A stretch of DNA of 64,000 nt from Malacoraja senta (Eukaryota). The notes under the pieces were generated by a model, which saw only the letters and a program-made list of their open reading frames with translations, searched no databases and was not told the DNA's origin. Below are positions 36,933-49,166 of this stretch, in pieces (positions within the stretch are counted from its first letter, which is position 1; each line of letters begins with the position of its first letter). Location of the stretch: NCBI GenBank assembly GCA_038087875.1, contig CM075993.1, forward strand, positions 4,962,001 to 5,026,000, given 5' to 3'. The position numbers were made by a program, and so were the translations under genes.

Positions 36933-39900
36933 CTGCAAAGGGAGGGAATTTGTTGCACTTAACATGTGGTACAAAACTAAATTTCTCTTACAGGTAGTCC
37001 GTCAACATTCCACACCACAAGGACGAAGGACATTTATTGTCAAATACACCAATTGGTGGAGTGAAATTTGAGTTGCCATTTGCAGCACACCAATCAAATA
37101 AACACAACATTATAGAATTTAACATCTATCTATATACTTTTAAAACTCTCTGGCTGTCGTCCGTCTGTACGTCTGTACGTCTGTACGTCTGTACGTCTGT
37201 ACGTCTGTACGTCTGTACGTCCGTACGCCGCCTTTGATACCGCCCCTGGCCCACACAGCGCGCGGAAAGGCCCATATTTTTACCATTTCCAAAGAGATGA
37301 CATTTATCTTTACGAATAGCCACTCCTGATTAAATTCGGTCCTGTTTATGTACACGTTTTTTAATAAAATCCATCCCCCCCCCACCCCCATGTCATTTTC
37401 TCCGATTGTCTCCGATTTTCTCCGAAAACGACGCCATCTTTTTCTCCCCGATTTTCTCCGATTTTTTTCGATAAAGACGCCATCTTTTTTTCAGCAGATT
37501 TTCACCCCGGGGTCTGAAGCACGTTCGGGAACAACACCCCGGGGTGTCAAGCACTTTCGGGGACCAGACCCAACGGGTCTGCACTTGGTCTAGTTAAACA
37601 TAAAAACATCCCCCCCACAATGGTTCCCACTGTGAGGGAAGGCACCAAATGTTCAGTCCACTTCCTCCATGTTCACCCGTGGTCGGGGCCTATTGAGGCC
37701 TCCGCAGTCGCCACTACGGCGGCCCGATGTTTCAGAACCTCTCGCCGGAATGATGGAACGTGGGAAGAACGCTCCCAGCGGCTTGGAGTTTCCGAAACAG
37801 CCGCTTGCTGCCGTAGTCAAGGCCAGAAAAACGCACCATCGTCTCTGGTTCCTAGGAAGGTTTAGGAGGATCGGCATGTCCCCAGCAACCCACGGCAACT
37901 CCTACAGATGCCCCGTAGAGAAGGGTGCATTGCAGCATGCATGGTTTGGGAGCAGCACCATCCACGACGGCAGGGAATTGCAGAGATTTGTGGACGCAGC
38001 CCAGTTCATCACGCGAACCACCCTCCCTTCCATTGACTCCACCAGAATAATCAAGGACTAGTCTCATCCGAGACACTTTCTTATTTTCCCCTCTCCAGCC
38101 AGGAAAGAGGTACGGAAGTGTGAAAACGCACTGAATCCTCCAGATTCAGAAGGTAGACAAAAATGCTGGAGAAACTCAGCGGGTGAGGCAGCATCTATGG
38201 AGCGAAGGAATAGGTGACGTTTCGGGTCGAGACCCTTCTTCAGACTGATGTGGGGTTGGGGTTGGGGCGGGAGAGAAGAAAGGAAGAGGAGGAGCCGGTG
38301 GGCTGAGGGAGAGCTGAGAAGGGGAGGAGAAAGTAGGGAGTACCTGAAATTAGAGAAGTCAATGTTGATACCGCTGGGGTGTAAACCGCCCAAGCGAAAT
38401 ATGAGGTGCTGCTCCCTCCAATTTACGGTGGTCCTCACTCTGGCCATGGAGGAGGCCCAGGACAGAAAGGTCGGATTCGGAACGGGAGGGGGAGTTGAAG
38501 TGCTGAGCCACCGGGAGATCAGGTTGGTTATTGCGAACTGAGCGGAGGTGTTGGGCGAAGCGATCGCCACGCCTATGCTTGGTTGGCTCCAGATTCAGGA
38601 ACAGTTTCTTCCCAGCTGTTATCAGGCAATTGAATTGTCCTATCACCAACTGGAGAGCGGCCCTGACTTCCCATCTACCTCAGGTGGTTTAAAATTCGAC
38701 AGTTCAGAAACCTTAATATCTTTAATTGACCTTTATCTTGCACTAATCGTTGTACTCTTTATGCTCTATCTACACTGTTGACGGCTTGATTGTATTCAAT
38801 AGACAATAGGTGCCGGAGTAGGCCATTCGGCCCATCGAGCCATCACATACAGTCTTTGTGTTTACTGAATGGAATGCAACAAAAAAGCTTTTCACGTGGC
38901 AATAATAAACTAAACCAATCTAAGCTAAAGATTCCTGGCTGAATTGGTGACGGAGTCTCCATCCATCACTGTGAAAGATACCTGATCCACCACCAATTAT
39001 CCTAAATCAGCATTGGCTGAAAGTAAAGGAGTTGAAAGATGATTGTCGCTCCCTGAGTCAGCCGAGCTTGGGCAGGCAGAGAGAGACAGACAGTAGTAAT
39101 AGGCCATTCGGCCCATCGAGTCTGTGCAGATCATCCCGCACCTAGTTCGACTGCTCCTACACGAATCTCCTTGTGTCCTCCCTCACACTCCCATCAACTC
39201 TCCTCAGATTCTACCACCCACCAGCAATTTCCAGCACCCAATTAATCTGCCGCACATTTTCGGGACGTGGGAGGACCCCTGAAATACTCACCCTGTCACA
39301 GGGAGGGCGTGCAAACTCCACAACAGACAGCACCCGGGTAGGGGGAGGGGGGTGGTCAGGATTGCACTGGGTCTCTGGAGCTGTTAGGCAGCAGCGTTAC
39401 CAGCCGTGCCACCGTATCCTGCTCCCATCCACTCTGCTGTCTACATTCTTAGGGCACCCTCTGTGTTTCCCAAAACCCTCTATCATTTCGGAGCAACTTT
39501 TCCTTCTTGTTTTGTGCTGTATGGGAATTAATTTATTTGGCTGGGGGGGCATTTGAGCCCAGTCTTTCTCTCTCCCCCTCTCTTTCTCTCTCCCCCTCTC
39601 TTTCTCTCTCCCTCTCTCCTTGCCTCTCTTTCTCTATCCCTCTCTCTCTCTCTTCTCCCTCCAATTCCTCCTCCCCCTCTCTCTCTCTTGCTCTCTCTTG
39701 CTATCAGACAACTGAATGATCCTGTCACAACCAGAGAACAGTTCCGCTACGGACATTCTCCGAGTTCGAATCAGGGGAAAACTCGGGAGAACTCTTGAAT
39801 TACCTCGTACAGTGGGACAGGCCCTTTACCTTGCACTAAATATTATTCTCTTATCTTGCATCTATACACTGTAAATGGCTCGATTGTAATCATGTATTGT

Positions 39901-42900
39901 CTTTCCGCTGACTGGATAGCACGCAACAAAAGCTTTTCACTGTACCTCGGTACCCGTGACAATAAACTAAACTGAGGAGCAGAATTAGGACATTCAGCCT
40001 ATCAAGTCTACTCTGCCATTCAATCATTTCCCTCTCAACCCCATTTCCCTGCCTTCTCCACGTAACATAGAAACATAGAAACATAGAAACATGTTAGTCG
40101 TAGGTAATCGAGGGTAGTCGAAGGTAGTTGTAGATAGTCTTCAACATAGTCAATAGAAAATAGGTGCAGGAGTAGGCCATTCGGCCCTTCGAGCCTGCAC
40201 CGCCATTCAATATGATCATGGCTGATCATCCAACTCAGTATCCCGTACCTGCCTTCTCTCCATACCCCCTGATCCCTTTAGCCACAAGGGCCACATCTAA
40301 CTCCCTCTTAAATATAGCCAATGAACTGGCCTCGACTACCTTCTGTGGCAGAGAATTCCACAGATTCACCACTCTCTGTGTGAAAAATGATTTTCTCATC
40401 TCGGTCCTAAAAGATTTCCCCCTTATCCTTAAACTGTGTGACCCCTTGTTCTGGACTTCCCCAACATCGGGAACAATCTTCCTGCATCTAGCCTGTCCAA
40501 CCCCTTAAGAATCTTGTAAGTTTCTATAACCCCTGACACTCTTACTAACCAAGAATCTTTCAATCTCCGCCTTAAAAAATATCCATTGACTTGGCCTCCG
40601 CAGCCGCCTGTTGCTAACATAATGCAAGTCTAGATATGTTGTGAAGAAGCCACACTTACACTCTGATTCTCATCGTCATTTTTCACGTGGTCTGCAATGA
40701 ACTTGATCCCGTCAATGGCTTCCTGGAGCTCCAGGGAGTGTCTTGTGGAAGATCTCAACCTCACATCCTGATGACAACCAAAGCCATCGGGCGCATCGAT
40801 CACATTCAGGTCGTAGACTTTGGCCGATGTTGGGTTCATGAAGAAGGCCGAGTTTTTGTTCCTCTCCGCCGCGCTCAAGTGAGCGCTGCAGCAATCGCCC
40901 TTCTTGTGCTGGGACGACTCTTGCGCGCTGCCGTTGCTTCGAGGCCTTTTGATGAAGAGCAGGGCCGGCAGCCTCTCCAGGAAAACCACCTTCACCCACT
41001 GGGGCATGGTGTGTGTGGTTGGGGCACGGTGGTGGATGTTCAGGACGCAGACACTGGTCACGATGGAGAACGTCACCAGGACCATGGTGAACATCAGGTA
41101 CTTCCCAATCAGTGGAACATCTAGAGAGGTTGGTGGGACGATCTTGGAGATGAGCAACAAGAACACAGTGAGGGCCAGTAAAACAGAGATACACAGAGTC
41201 ATCTTTTCGCCACAGTCTGATGGTAGATAGAAGACCAGAATAGCCAGTGAGGTTATGAGGATGCATGGTATTATCAGGTTGATGGTATAGAAGAGGGGCT
41301 TCCTCCTAATGATAAAGTCATAGGTAACGTCAACGTAAGCTGGGTCCTTTGGGTTTGTGTTCCTTCTCCCTGGAAGTGACAGGATGTCCCACTCCCCACT
41401 CGGGGTGAAGTCATCCATGCTCGCACTCTCCGATTTGGGGATCATGTCGATCTCCATGTGGTCGTAGGTCCACGACCTGAACTTCATGGTGCAGTTCTGC
41501 TGGTCGAAGGGAAAATGCTTCACCTCGATCTTGCAGGCACTCCTGTAGATGGCAGGTGGCAGCCAGTAGATGCTTCCGTTGCACCAGATGATGGCATTGG
41601 TGTACAGGGAGACTTCATAGGTCCCATCAGCGCTGAAGAGAGAGAGAGAGAAAGGATCACAGCGATGAACATAGCAGCGATAGTGGGGGGAATAGAGTCA
41701 TCGAGTCATCGAGTACGGCCCATCTCATTCACGCTGACCAAGAAGCCCGTCTAATTCCTTGGGGCGCAGGAGGATGAAGGGTGACCTTATAGAAGTGCAC
41801 AAAATCATGAGAGGAATAGATTGTGTAAAAGTCTCTTTCCCAGAATGGGGGAATCGAGAACCAGAGGACTTAGGTTTGAAGTGGAGGGGGATGGATTTAG
41901 TAGGAAGCTGAGGGGTAGCTTTGGTACACAGAGGCCGGTGGGTGTATGGAACGAGCCGCCGGTGGAGGTAGTTGGGGAAGGTACTATCTAAACATTTCAG
42001 AAACATTTAGACTCTCTGCCTCAGAGGGCGGTGGAGGCAGGTTCTCTGGATGCTTTCAAGAGAGAGCTAGATAGGGCTCTTAAAATAGTGGAGTCAGGGG
42101 ATATGGGGAGAAGGCAGGAACGGGGTACTGATTGGGGATGATCAGCCATGATCATATTGAATGGCGGTGCTGGCTCGAAGGGCCGAATGGCCTGCTCCTG
42201 CACCTATTGACAGGTTCACGGATAGGATGTGTTTGGAGGAATATTGACCAAACGCAAGTAGGTGGGACTTGTGTAGAAGGGACATCTTAGTTGGTGCGGG
42301 CAAGTTGGGCTGAAGGGCCTGTTTAAATGCTGTGTGACTCTATGTCTAAGCTAGTCCCATTTGCCCATGTTTGGCCCATATCCCTCTAAACCTTTCCTAT
42401 CCAAGCGTCTTTTAAATAGTTATTGTACCAGCCTCAACTATCTCCTCTGGCAACTTGTTCCATACACCATCTGTGAAAATGTTGTCCCTCAGGTTCCTAT
42501 GAAATCTTTCCACTCTCACCTTAGAATCTTTATTTGAAGCAGATAACAGAAAGAACCCATCAATAGATGTTCCTCGGGCTATTCTCTAATAGAGACTTCA
42601 AATGGTTTAGTTTACGAAAGAACTGCAGATGCTGGAAAAATCGAAGGTAGACAAAAATGCTGGAGAAACTCAACAGGTGGGGCAGCATCTATGGAGCGAA
42701 GGAATAGGTGACGTTTCAGGTCGAGACCCTTCTTCAGACTAATGGAGGGTCTCAATCTGAAACGTTGCCCATTCCTTGTCTCTGGAGATGCTGCCTGACC
42801 CGCTGAGTTACTCCAGCATTTTGTGTCTATCTTCGGTGTAAAGCAGCATCTGCAGTTCCTTCCAACACCAAGACGTTGGACTTACTTGTTGTACAGTACG

Positions 42901-45900
42901 ATGTCTGGCAGCCAGATGCACTTGGAGTTTATTCGTAGCTTGTTAATCCCTTCAAATTCCACGGGGTCCCACCTGAGCCTGTAGTCCACCCACTCCTGCA
43001 ATGAAGCACACACACAGGTGGAAGTGACCACGTCCCCTGGCCCAGAGTGGTGGACATTCCCACCTTCTGGCAAACCTTGGAGAGACACTCACCTGCTTCA
43101 ACCAAACGTTTGTTGTCATTATCTGTTCGCGTTCATTCTAAAGACAGAAGTGGGAGATCAGAGAGTTAGCATCACTGGTGTGTAAATGTCAGAGTCCCCG
43201 TTCAATCCTGACCTCGACCACATGTGTTTCCTCAGGGTGCTCTGGCTTCCTCACACGTCCCAAAGACGTGTAGGGTTGTAGGTTAATTGGCCTCTGTAAA
43301 TTCCCCCCAGTGTGTAGGGAGTGTGGATGAGAAAGTGGGATAACACAAAGGTAATGTGAATGGATGAATGATGATCAGTATGGACAAGGTGGGCCGATGG
43401 GCTGTTTCCATGTTGTATCCCTAAGCTAAACTAAATTTCTCCTGGCAAATAGCCCAACATTTGGGCAGTGCTGGTTTTAGAAACATAGAAACATAGAAAA
43501 CAGGTGCAGGAGGAGGCCATTCGGCCCTTCGAGCCAGCACCGCCATTCATTGTGATCATGGCTGATCGTCCCCAATCAATAACCCGTGCCTGCCTTCTTC
43601 CCCATATCCCTTGACTCCACCAGCCCCTAGAGCTCTATCTAACTCTCTCTTAAATCCATCCAGTGACTTGGCCTCCACTGCCCTCTGTGGCAGGGAATTC
43701 CACAAACACTCTGGGCGAAAAAGTTTTTTTCTCACCTCAGTCTGAAATGACCTCGCCTTTATTCTAAGGTATTCTTTGGTGAATCTAGATTGCTTTCCCG
43801 AACCATGGTGTAGAAGCTTCAGACTAGATTTATTAAATCTCTGAAGATTTTAACGTTCAGCCTGTTTCCTGGATTTGTTATTGATGGCCACGTCTCCCAG
43901 ACTCAGAGTCCTCTGCTCTTCAGACCTACCCCCTCCCTCTCTTCCTTGAAGCTTAAATCCCTTTGACCGAGTTGTGGTGGCCCGTTCTATCATCTCCCTA
44001 TGCAGTTGTAATGGTCCTTCAGGTACTATGGAAATGTAGGTTGGTTGTGATGAGGTTGACTTACCACATTGATGAGCTGAGCCAGTGACACCTGGAAGAT
44101 AATAGGCACTAACTCAGAGTTGTTCTTAGCCGGTCGGATCAGCCTATTGTATTTCTCAGGATTCAGGAGGTGGTTCATCAGCTTTTCTTCAACCTCTGCT
44201 CCGTAGACTGCTGTGGAATAAGAAACAATGCTTTCAGACTACCAGACGAATCAAGAGTCCTGTTTCTTTCCCCATTGAACACTTTGGGCATTGTCTAAGG
44301 AACTGATTAACTACAATGTGTGTGAAGGAACTGTAGATGCTGGTTTACACCGAAGACAGACAACAAACTGGTGGAGTAAAACTACAGGACAGGTGGCATC
44401 TCTGGAGAGAAGCAATGAGTCTGATGAAGGAAGGGTCTCAACCTGAAACGTCACCCGTTCCTTCTCTCCAGAGATGCTGCCTGTCCCACGGAGTTAACCC
44501 AGCATTTTGTGTCTATCTTTGATGAAATATAATGCTGCGACTTGCATTCTGTATCTTCCCCTTTGGTCTATCTATAGTGCTTGAGTTTGAACTGGTTGTA
44601 TGGCATATCTGATCTGTTTGGATAGCATGCAAAACCCAAAGCCTTTCATTGTAATTTGGTGCACGTGAGAATAATAAACCTTAAGCTAAAAATCTATTTG
44701 TCTCTGGAGTTCCCCCCACGGACCCTCACAATCTCTGCTAAGAAACTGCACCCTGTTGACCAAGCTCTAGAAAACCCACCACCTTCCTTGCATCAGCATC
44801 CAGCTTTGGTCTAGTTGTTAGGATGTTCCTTGGAGTATTTTGCTGCTTGTGTATGAAATCATGAGAGGAATAGATCAGGCCCAGAGTAGAGGAATCGAGG
44901 ACCAGAGGACATAGGTTTAAGGTGACGGGCCTTAATATTAAAATTTTATAGGAATGCGAGTGGGGAACTTTTTCATACAAAGGGTGGTCGGTGTATGGAA
45001 CGAGCTTGCCAGAAGAGGTAGTTGAGGTAAGGACTATCGCAACGTTTAAGAAACAATTTGACAGGTGCATGGATAAGACAGGTTTAGATGGATATGGGCC
45101 AAATGCAGGCAGGTGGGACGAGTGTAGCTGGGACATGTTGGTTGGTGTGGGCAAGTTGGGCTGATGGTCCTGTTTCCACACTGTATCACTCTATTCTTGA
45201 GCGGACTTTGCTGGCTTTACCGTGCGCTAAATATTATTACCATATCTTGTTTCCAACACACTGTAAATGGATCGATTGTAATCATGTATTGTCTTTCTGC
45301 TGACTGGATAGCACGCAACAAAAGCTTTTCACCGTACCTCGGTACACGTGACAATAAACTAAACTGAACTGAACTGAAACTGAACTGACGCAGCACGGTG
45401 GCGCAGCGGTAGAGTTGCTGCCCTACAGCGCCAGAGACCCGGGTTCGATCCTGACCACGGGTGCTGTCTGTGCGGAGTTTGTACGATCTCCCCGTGACCT
45501 GCGTGGGTTTTCTCCGTGATCTTCCGTTCCCTCCCACACTCCAAAGACGTGCAGGTTTGTAGGTTAACTGGCTTGGTATAAATGTGAAATTATCTGTAGT
45601 GTGTGTAGGATAGTGCTAGTGTGATCGCTGGTCATTGCGGACACGGTGGGCCGAAGGGCCTGTTTCCACGCTGTATCTCTTAACTAAACTAAACTAAACT
45701 ATACTTACAGAGAGTCAGCAACTCGCTGAGCTTCCAGAGAGCCACCACTCCCCACAGCTTCCAGAGAACCACAACCCCCACCTTTGCCCCTATTAGGGAC
45801 ATAAGGAGGAAGTATTTTTTGGGAAGATGCTGGCTCAAAGGGCCGAATGGCCTACTCCCGCACCTATTGTCTATTGTCTATTGAGATGCTCCTTATTGTT

Positions 45901-48900
45901 GCATGTGAAGGAACACCAGTTATTCACAGAACACAACGTGCTGGAGGAACATCAGGCAGCATCTCATAGAGTCACAGGGTCATAGAGTGACACAGTGTGG
46001 AAACAGGCCCTTCGGCCCAACTTGCCCACACTGGCCGACATGTCCCAGCTTCACTAGTCCCACCTGCCTGCGTTGGGCCCACATCCCTCCAAACTTGTCC
46101 TATATCCATGTACCCGTCTAATTGTTTGGAGGGAATGGACAGACAATGTACCTCGATGACGTGACGATAAACTGAACTGATGATTCAGGTTGGGACCCTC
46201 CTTCAGGCCGATTAGAGTAGGGTGGAGAAAGCGACATAAACAGAGATGGGAGTCGACCAAACTTGGCAAGTGATGGGTGGATACAGCTGATGGTGTGTGT
46301 GGGGGGGGGGGGGGTGGACCGGCAGCTTTGTGCAGGAGGAACTCAGTGGGTCCCAACACCTTTTGTCGCCAACTGTTCATTCTGAGTGAAGCAACATAGC
46401 AACTCCCTGAATCTTATAGCAGACTCATGAGGCTCGAAGAGTGAAAGGCCTGGATAGAGTGGATGCGGAGAGAATGTATCCACTAGTTGGAGAGTTTAGG
46501 ACCAGAGGGCAGAGCCTCAGAATAAAATGACACGCCCTAGTCAGAGGATGGTGAATCAGTGGAATTCATTGCCATCGATGGCTGTGGAGGCCAAGTCAAT
46601 GGGTATTTTTAAGGCGGAGATTGAGAGATTCTTAGGTCCACAAAAATGCTGGAGAAACTCAGCGGGTGCAGCAGCATCTATGGAGCGAAGGAGATAGGCA
46701 ACGTTTCGGGCCGAACCCCTTCTTCAGATTGATAGATTCTTGATCAGTACGGGTGTCAGGGGTTGTGGGGAAAAGGCAGGAGAATGGGATTGAGAGGGAA
46801 AGATAGATCAGACATGATTAGATGTGTAGGAAGGAACTGCAGATGCTGGTTTAAACCAAAGGTAGATACAAAACACTGGATTAACTCAGCGGGACAGGCA
46901 GCATCTCTGGAGGGAAGGAATGGGTGACGTTTCAGGTCGAGACCCTTCTTCAGACTGGTCAATGGTGAAGTAGACTCAATGGGCCGAATGGCCTAATTCT
47001 GCTCCTATGACTTATGGACGTGGGAACTGACGAAGGCAGTGAGTCATTTCTTGGTGTTTAAGAAGGAACTGCAGATGCTGGAAAATCGAAGGTAGACAAA
47101 AATGCTGGAGAAACTCAGCGGGTGGGGCAGCATCTATGGAGCGAAGGAAATAGGCAACGTTTCGGGATGAAACCCTTCCGGGTTTCGGCCCGAAACGTTG
47201 CCTATTTCCTTCAGGGTTTCGGCCCGAAACGTTGCCTATTTCCTTCCGGGTTTCGGCCCGAAACGTTGCCTATTTCCTTCGCTCCATAGATGCTGCCGCA
47301 CCCGCTGAGTTTCTCCAGCACTTTTGTCCACAGTCAATTCTTGTTGCATCTCTCAATTATTTGAAAAAAAAATACACATTAAAGGCTAATGGAGAATATT
47401 TTAAATATTCAATGGCCTTTGAAAAGTGAAAAGTGGAACATATGCCTTCTTATGTTAAGTCTCACAGCAACGCGGTGAAAATCCTGGCACCATCTTAGAG
47501 ATGGTTGAGGCAGAAAGATAGTAACATAGAAACATAGAAAATAGGTGCAGGAGTAGGCCATTCGGCCCTTCGAGCCTGCACCGCCATTCAATATGATCAT
47601 GGCTGATCATCCAACTCAGTATCCCATCCCTGCCTTCTCTCCATACCCCCTGATCCCTTTAGCCACAAGGGCCACATCTAACTCCCTCTTAAATATAGCC
47701 AATGAACTGGCCTCAACTACCCTCTGTGGCAGAGAATTCCACAGATTCACCACTCTCTGTGTGAAAAATGATTTTCTCATCTCGGTCCTAAAAGACTTCC
47801 CCCTTATCCTTAAACTGTGTGACCCCTTGTTCTGGACTTCCCCAACATCGGGAACAATCTTCCTGCATCTAGCCTGTCCAACCCCTTAAGAATTTTGTAA
47901 TTGTAATTTAAGAACTAAGGGGTAGGCAGCCAGCGATGGAAATGAATATGTATGCTGGTGCTTTCTTGATGTTGGTTAGCTGTAAATGTCATTGCGGGTG
48001 TGATTTATCTGAGCGCAGTATTTCGTCCGCAATATCAAACTGCGTTAAATCCCAGGGAACTGTCCCTACTATAAACCCTGTCTGTCTCACACAGATTTAG
48101 AGCTCCAACCAACTCTGACCAAAGCCCAGTGCCAACGGCCACTGAGTTATCCGATGTCAAGCTTTTAGTGTTTTAAGAAGGAACTGCAGATGCTGGAAAA
48201 TCGAAGGGAGACAAAAATGCTGGAGAAACTCAGCGGGTGAGGCAGCATCTATGGAGGGAAGGAATTAAATAGGCAACGTTTCGGGCCGAAACCCTTCTTC
48301 AGACACAAGCTTTTAGATAGCGTCCTCTTTCACACACACACACACACGGTGATACAGTGTTGACGAGACCACCATGTGTATGAGGCAGATGTCCTCAGTC
48401 CACTCCTGACTACAGCCAGTGCTAAAACAGCTCAGGAAGGGACTGCACAAAAATGCCGGAGTCACTCAGCGGGACAGGCAGCATCTCTGGAGAGAAGGAA
48501 TGGGCGATTTTTAACTAGCCCTTGTCTCCAGAGATGCTGCCTGACCCGCTGAGTGACTCCAGCCTTTTTGTGTCTGAAACACCTCAGGTGCGAGTCTGGG
48601 AGAGTCTACCCGTTGGATGAGGAGATGCGTCGGCCAGTTCTCTCGTTTTTTGGGAATATTTGGGAATGCAATAGTTGCATTCCCAAATATTGACTGCGAA
48701 CAAGACACTGCTCCTCGCGAACAAGACACTGCTCCTCGCGAACAAGACACTGCTCCTCGCGAACAAGACACTGCTCCTCGCGAACAAGACACTGCTCCTC
48801 GCCAACAACACTGGGCTCAACCCAACACATTGAGTCCCGCTGAGTTACTCCAGATTTTTGTGTCTATCTTCGGTTTAAACCGGCATCTACAGTTCCTTCC

Positions 48901-49166
48901 TATACACATGTAGAACTCGCCATTGACCCATGCATTAAAAAAAAAAGCGCAAAATTCCCATTGCAATAGGATTTTAAAATGCAACTATCTCCAAAACGTT
49001 GATAGAATTCAGATCAGGTCCCCCACACTGTTTAATATGCAGCGGTGGGTGTGAAGCAAACATTTCCTCCGGCTTAAATGTCACTGGCAATAGGAGAGAG
49101 ATATATATAAACGGTGTGCTTACTTGTTGCAATAGTTAGCAGGCAGAGATAGCGAATTGAGTCCAT
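36804..49166 (-). CDS. CHRNB4: Neuronal nicotinic acetylcholine receptor beta4 subunit, 481 aa, 6 exons
   Basis: complement join(49124-49166,44065-44210,43093-43137,42886-42995,40660-41632,36804-36932) = 1446 nt open frame. No vicinal Cys. Beta4-type motifs [46 protein letters not shown]. Upstream of and co-oriented with the alpha3-like gene. Confidence 0.93.
37125..37593 (+). mobile_element. Non-autonomous Helitron in CHRNB4 intron 5
   Basis: A|TC 5' end, internal (CTGTACGT)n, subterminal hairpin CAGACCC-aac-GGGTCTG (37565-37581), CTAG|T 3' end, no TSD. Confidence 0.88.
37800..38147 (+). mobile_element. Degenerate Rex1/Babar-like LINE fragment (related remnants 13430-13790, 62530-62700)
   Basis: [54 protein letters not shown]. 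Confidence 0.55.
38148..38575 (-). mobile_element. Penelope-like retroelement 3' fragment
   Basis: [52 protein letters not shown] (frameshifted) plus the same terminal repeat as 920-1328. Confidence 0.82.
40660..41632 (-). CDS. CHRNB4: CHRNB4 exon 5 (973 bp)
   Basis: cttcag|CGCTGAT...CAGAGT|gtaagt; [13 protein letters not shown]...; overlaps ORF 40630..41523. Confidence 0.96.
42886..42995 (-). CDS. CHRNB4: CHRNB4 exon 4 (110 bp)
   Basis: ttgcag|GAGTGG...AACAA|gtaagt; [36 protein letters not shown]. Confidence 0.96.
43093..43137 (-). CDS. CHRNB4: CHRNB4 exon 3 (45 bp)
   Basis: ctttag|AATGAA...AAGCAG|gtgagt; [15 protein letters not shown]. Confidence 0.96.
44065..44210 (-). CDS. CHRNB4: CHRNB4 exon 2 (146 bp; alternative NAGNAG start 44207)
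   Basis: ccacag|CAGTCTAC...AATGTG|gtaagt; [48 protein letters not shown]. Confidence 0.93.
45388..45700 (+). mobile_element. tRNA-derived HE1/V-SINE-like element (representative; also 2868-3172, 6388-6650, 19385-19675, 59525-59805, 61880-62170 minus etc.)
   Basis: A box (ggtggcgcagcggt), B box (ggttcgatcc), conserved V-domain-like core, LINE-like tail ending (taaac)n. Confidence 0.85.
48696..48800. repeat. 21-bp minisatellite x5 (GCGAACAAGACACTGCTCCTC)
   Basis: Five perfect tandem units in CHRNB4 intron 1. Confidence 0.97.
49124..49166 (-). CDS. CHRNB4: CHRNB4 exon 1 (signal peptide)
   Basis: gaagATGG Kozak; [14 protein letters not shown]+A|gtaagc; GC-rich upstream region; phase 1 fits exon 2. 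Confidence 0.8.

Noticed and set aside
45388..45465. tRNA gene
   Set aside because: A/B boxes belong to the tRNA-derived SINE head that continues into SINE body and tail.
48696..48800. CRISPR-like or iteron-like array (also 62688-62939)
   Set aside because: Units are contiguous with no spacers; vertebrate context with no cas or rep genes.
17608..49166. Alternative identity as CHRNA6 plus CHRNB2/CHRNB5
   Set aside because: Diagnostic residues favour alpha3 ([20 protein letters not shown]) and beta4 (DH-EIDM, ASMDD, PLIGKY, NDDE-QS); formal phylogeny still needed.
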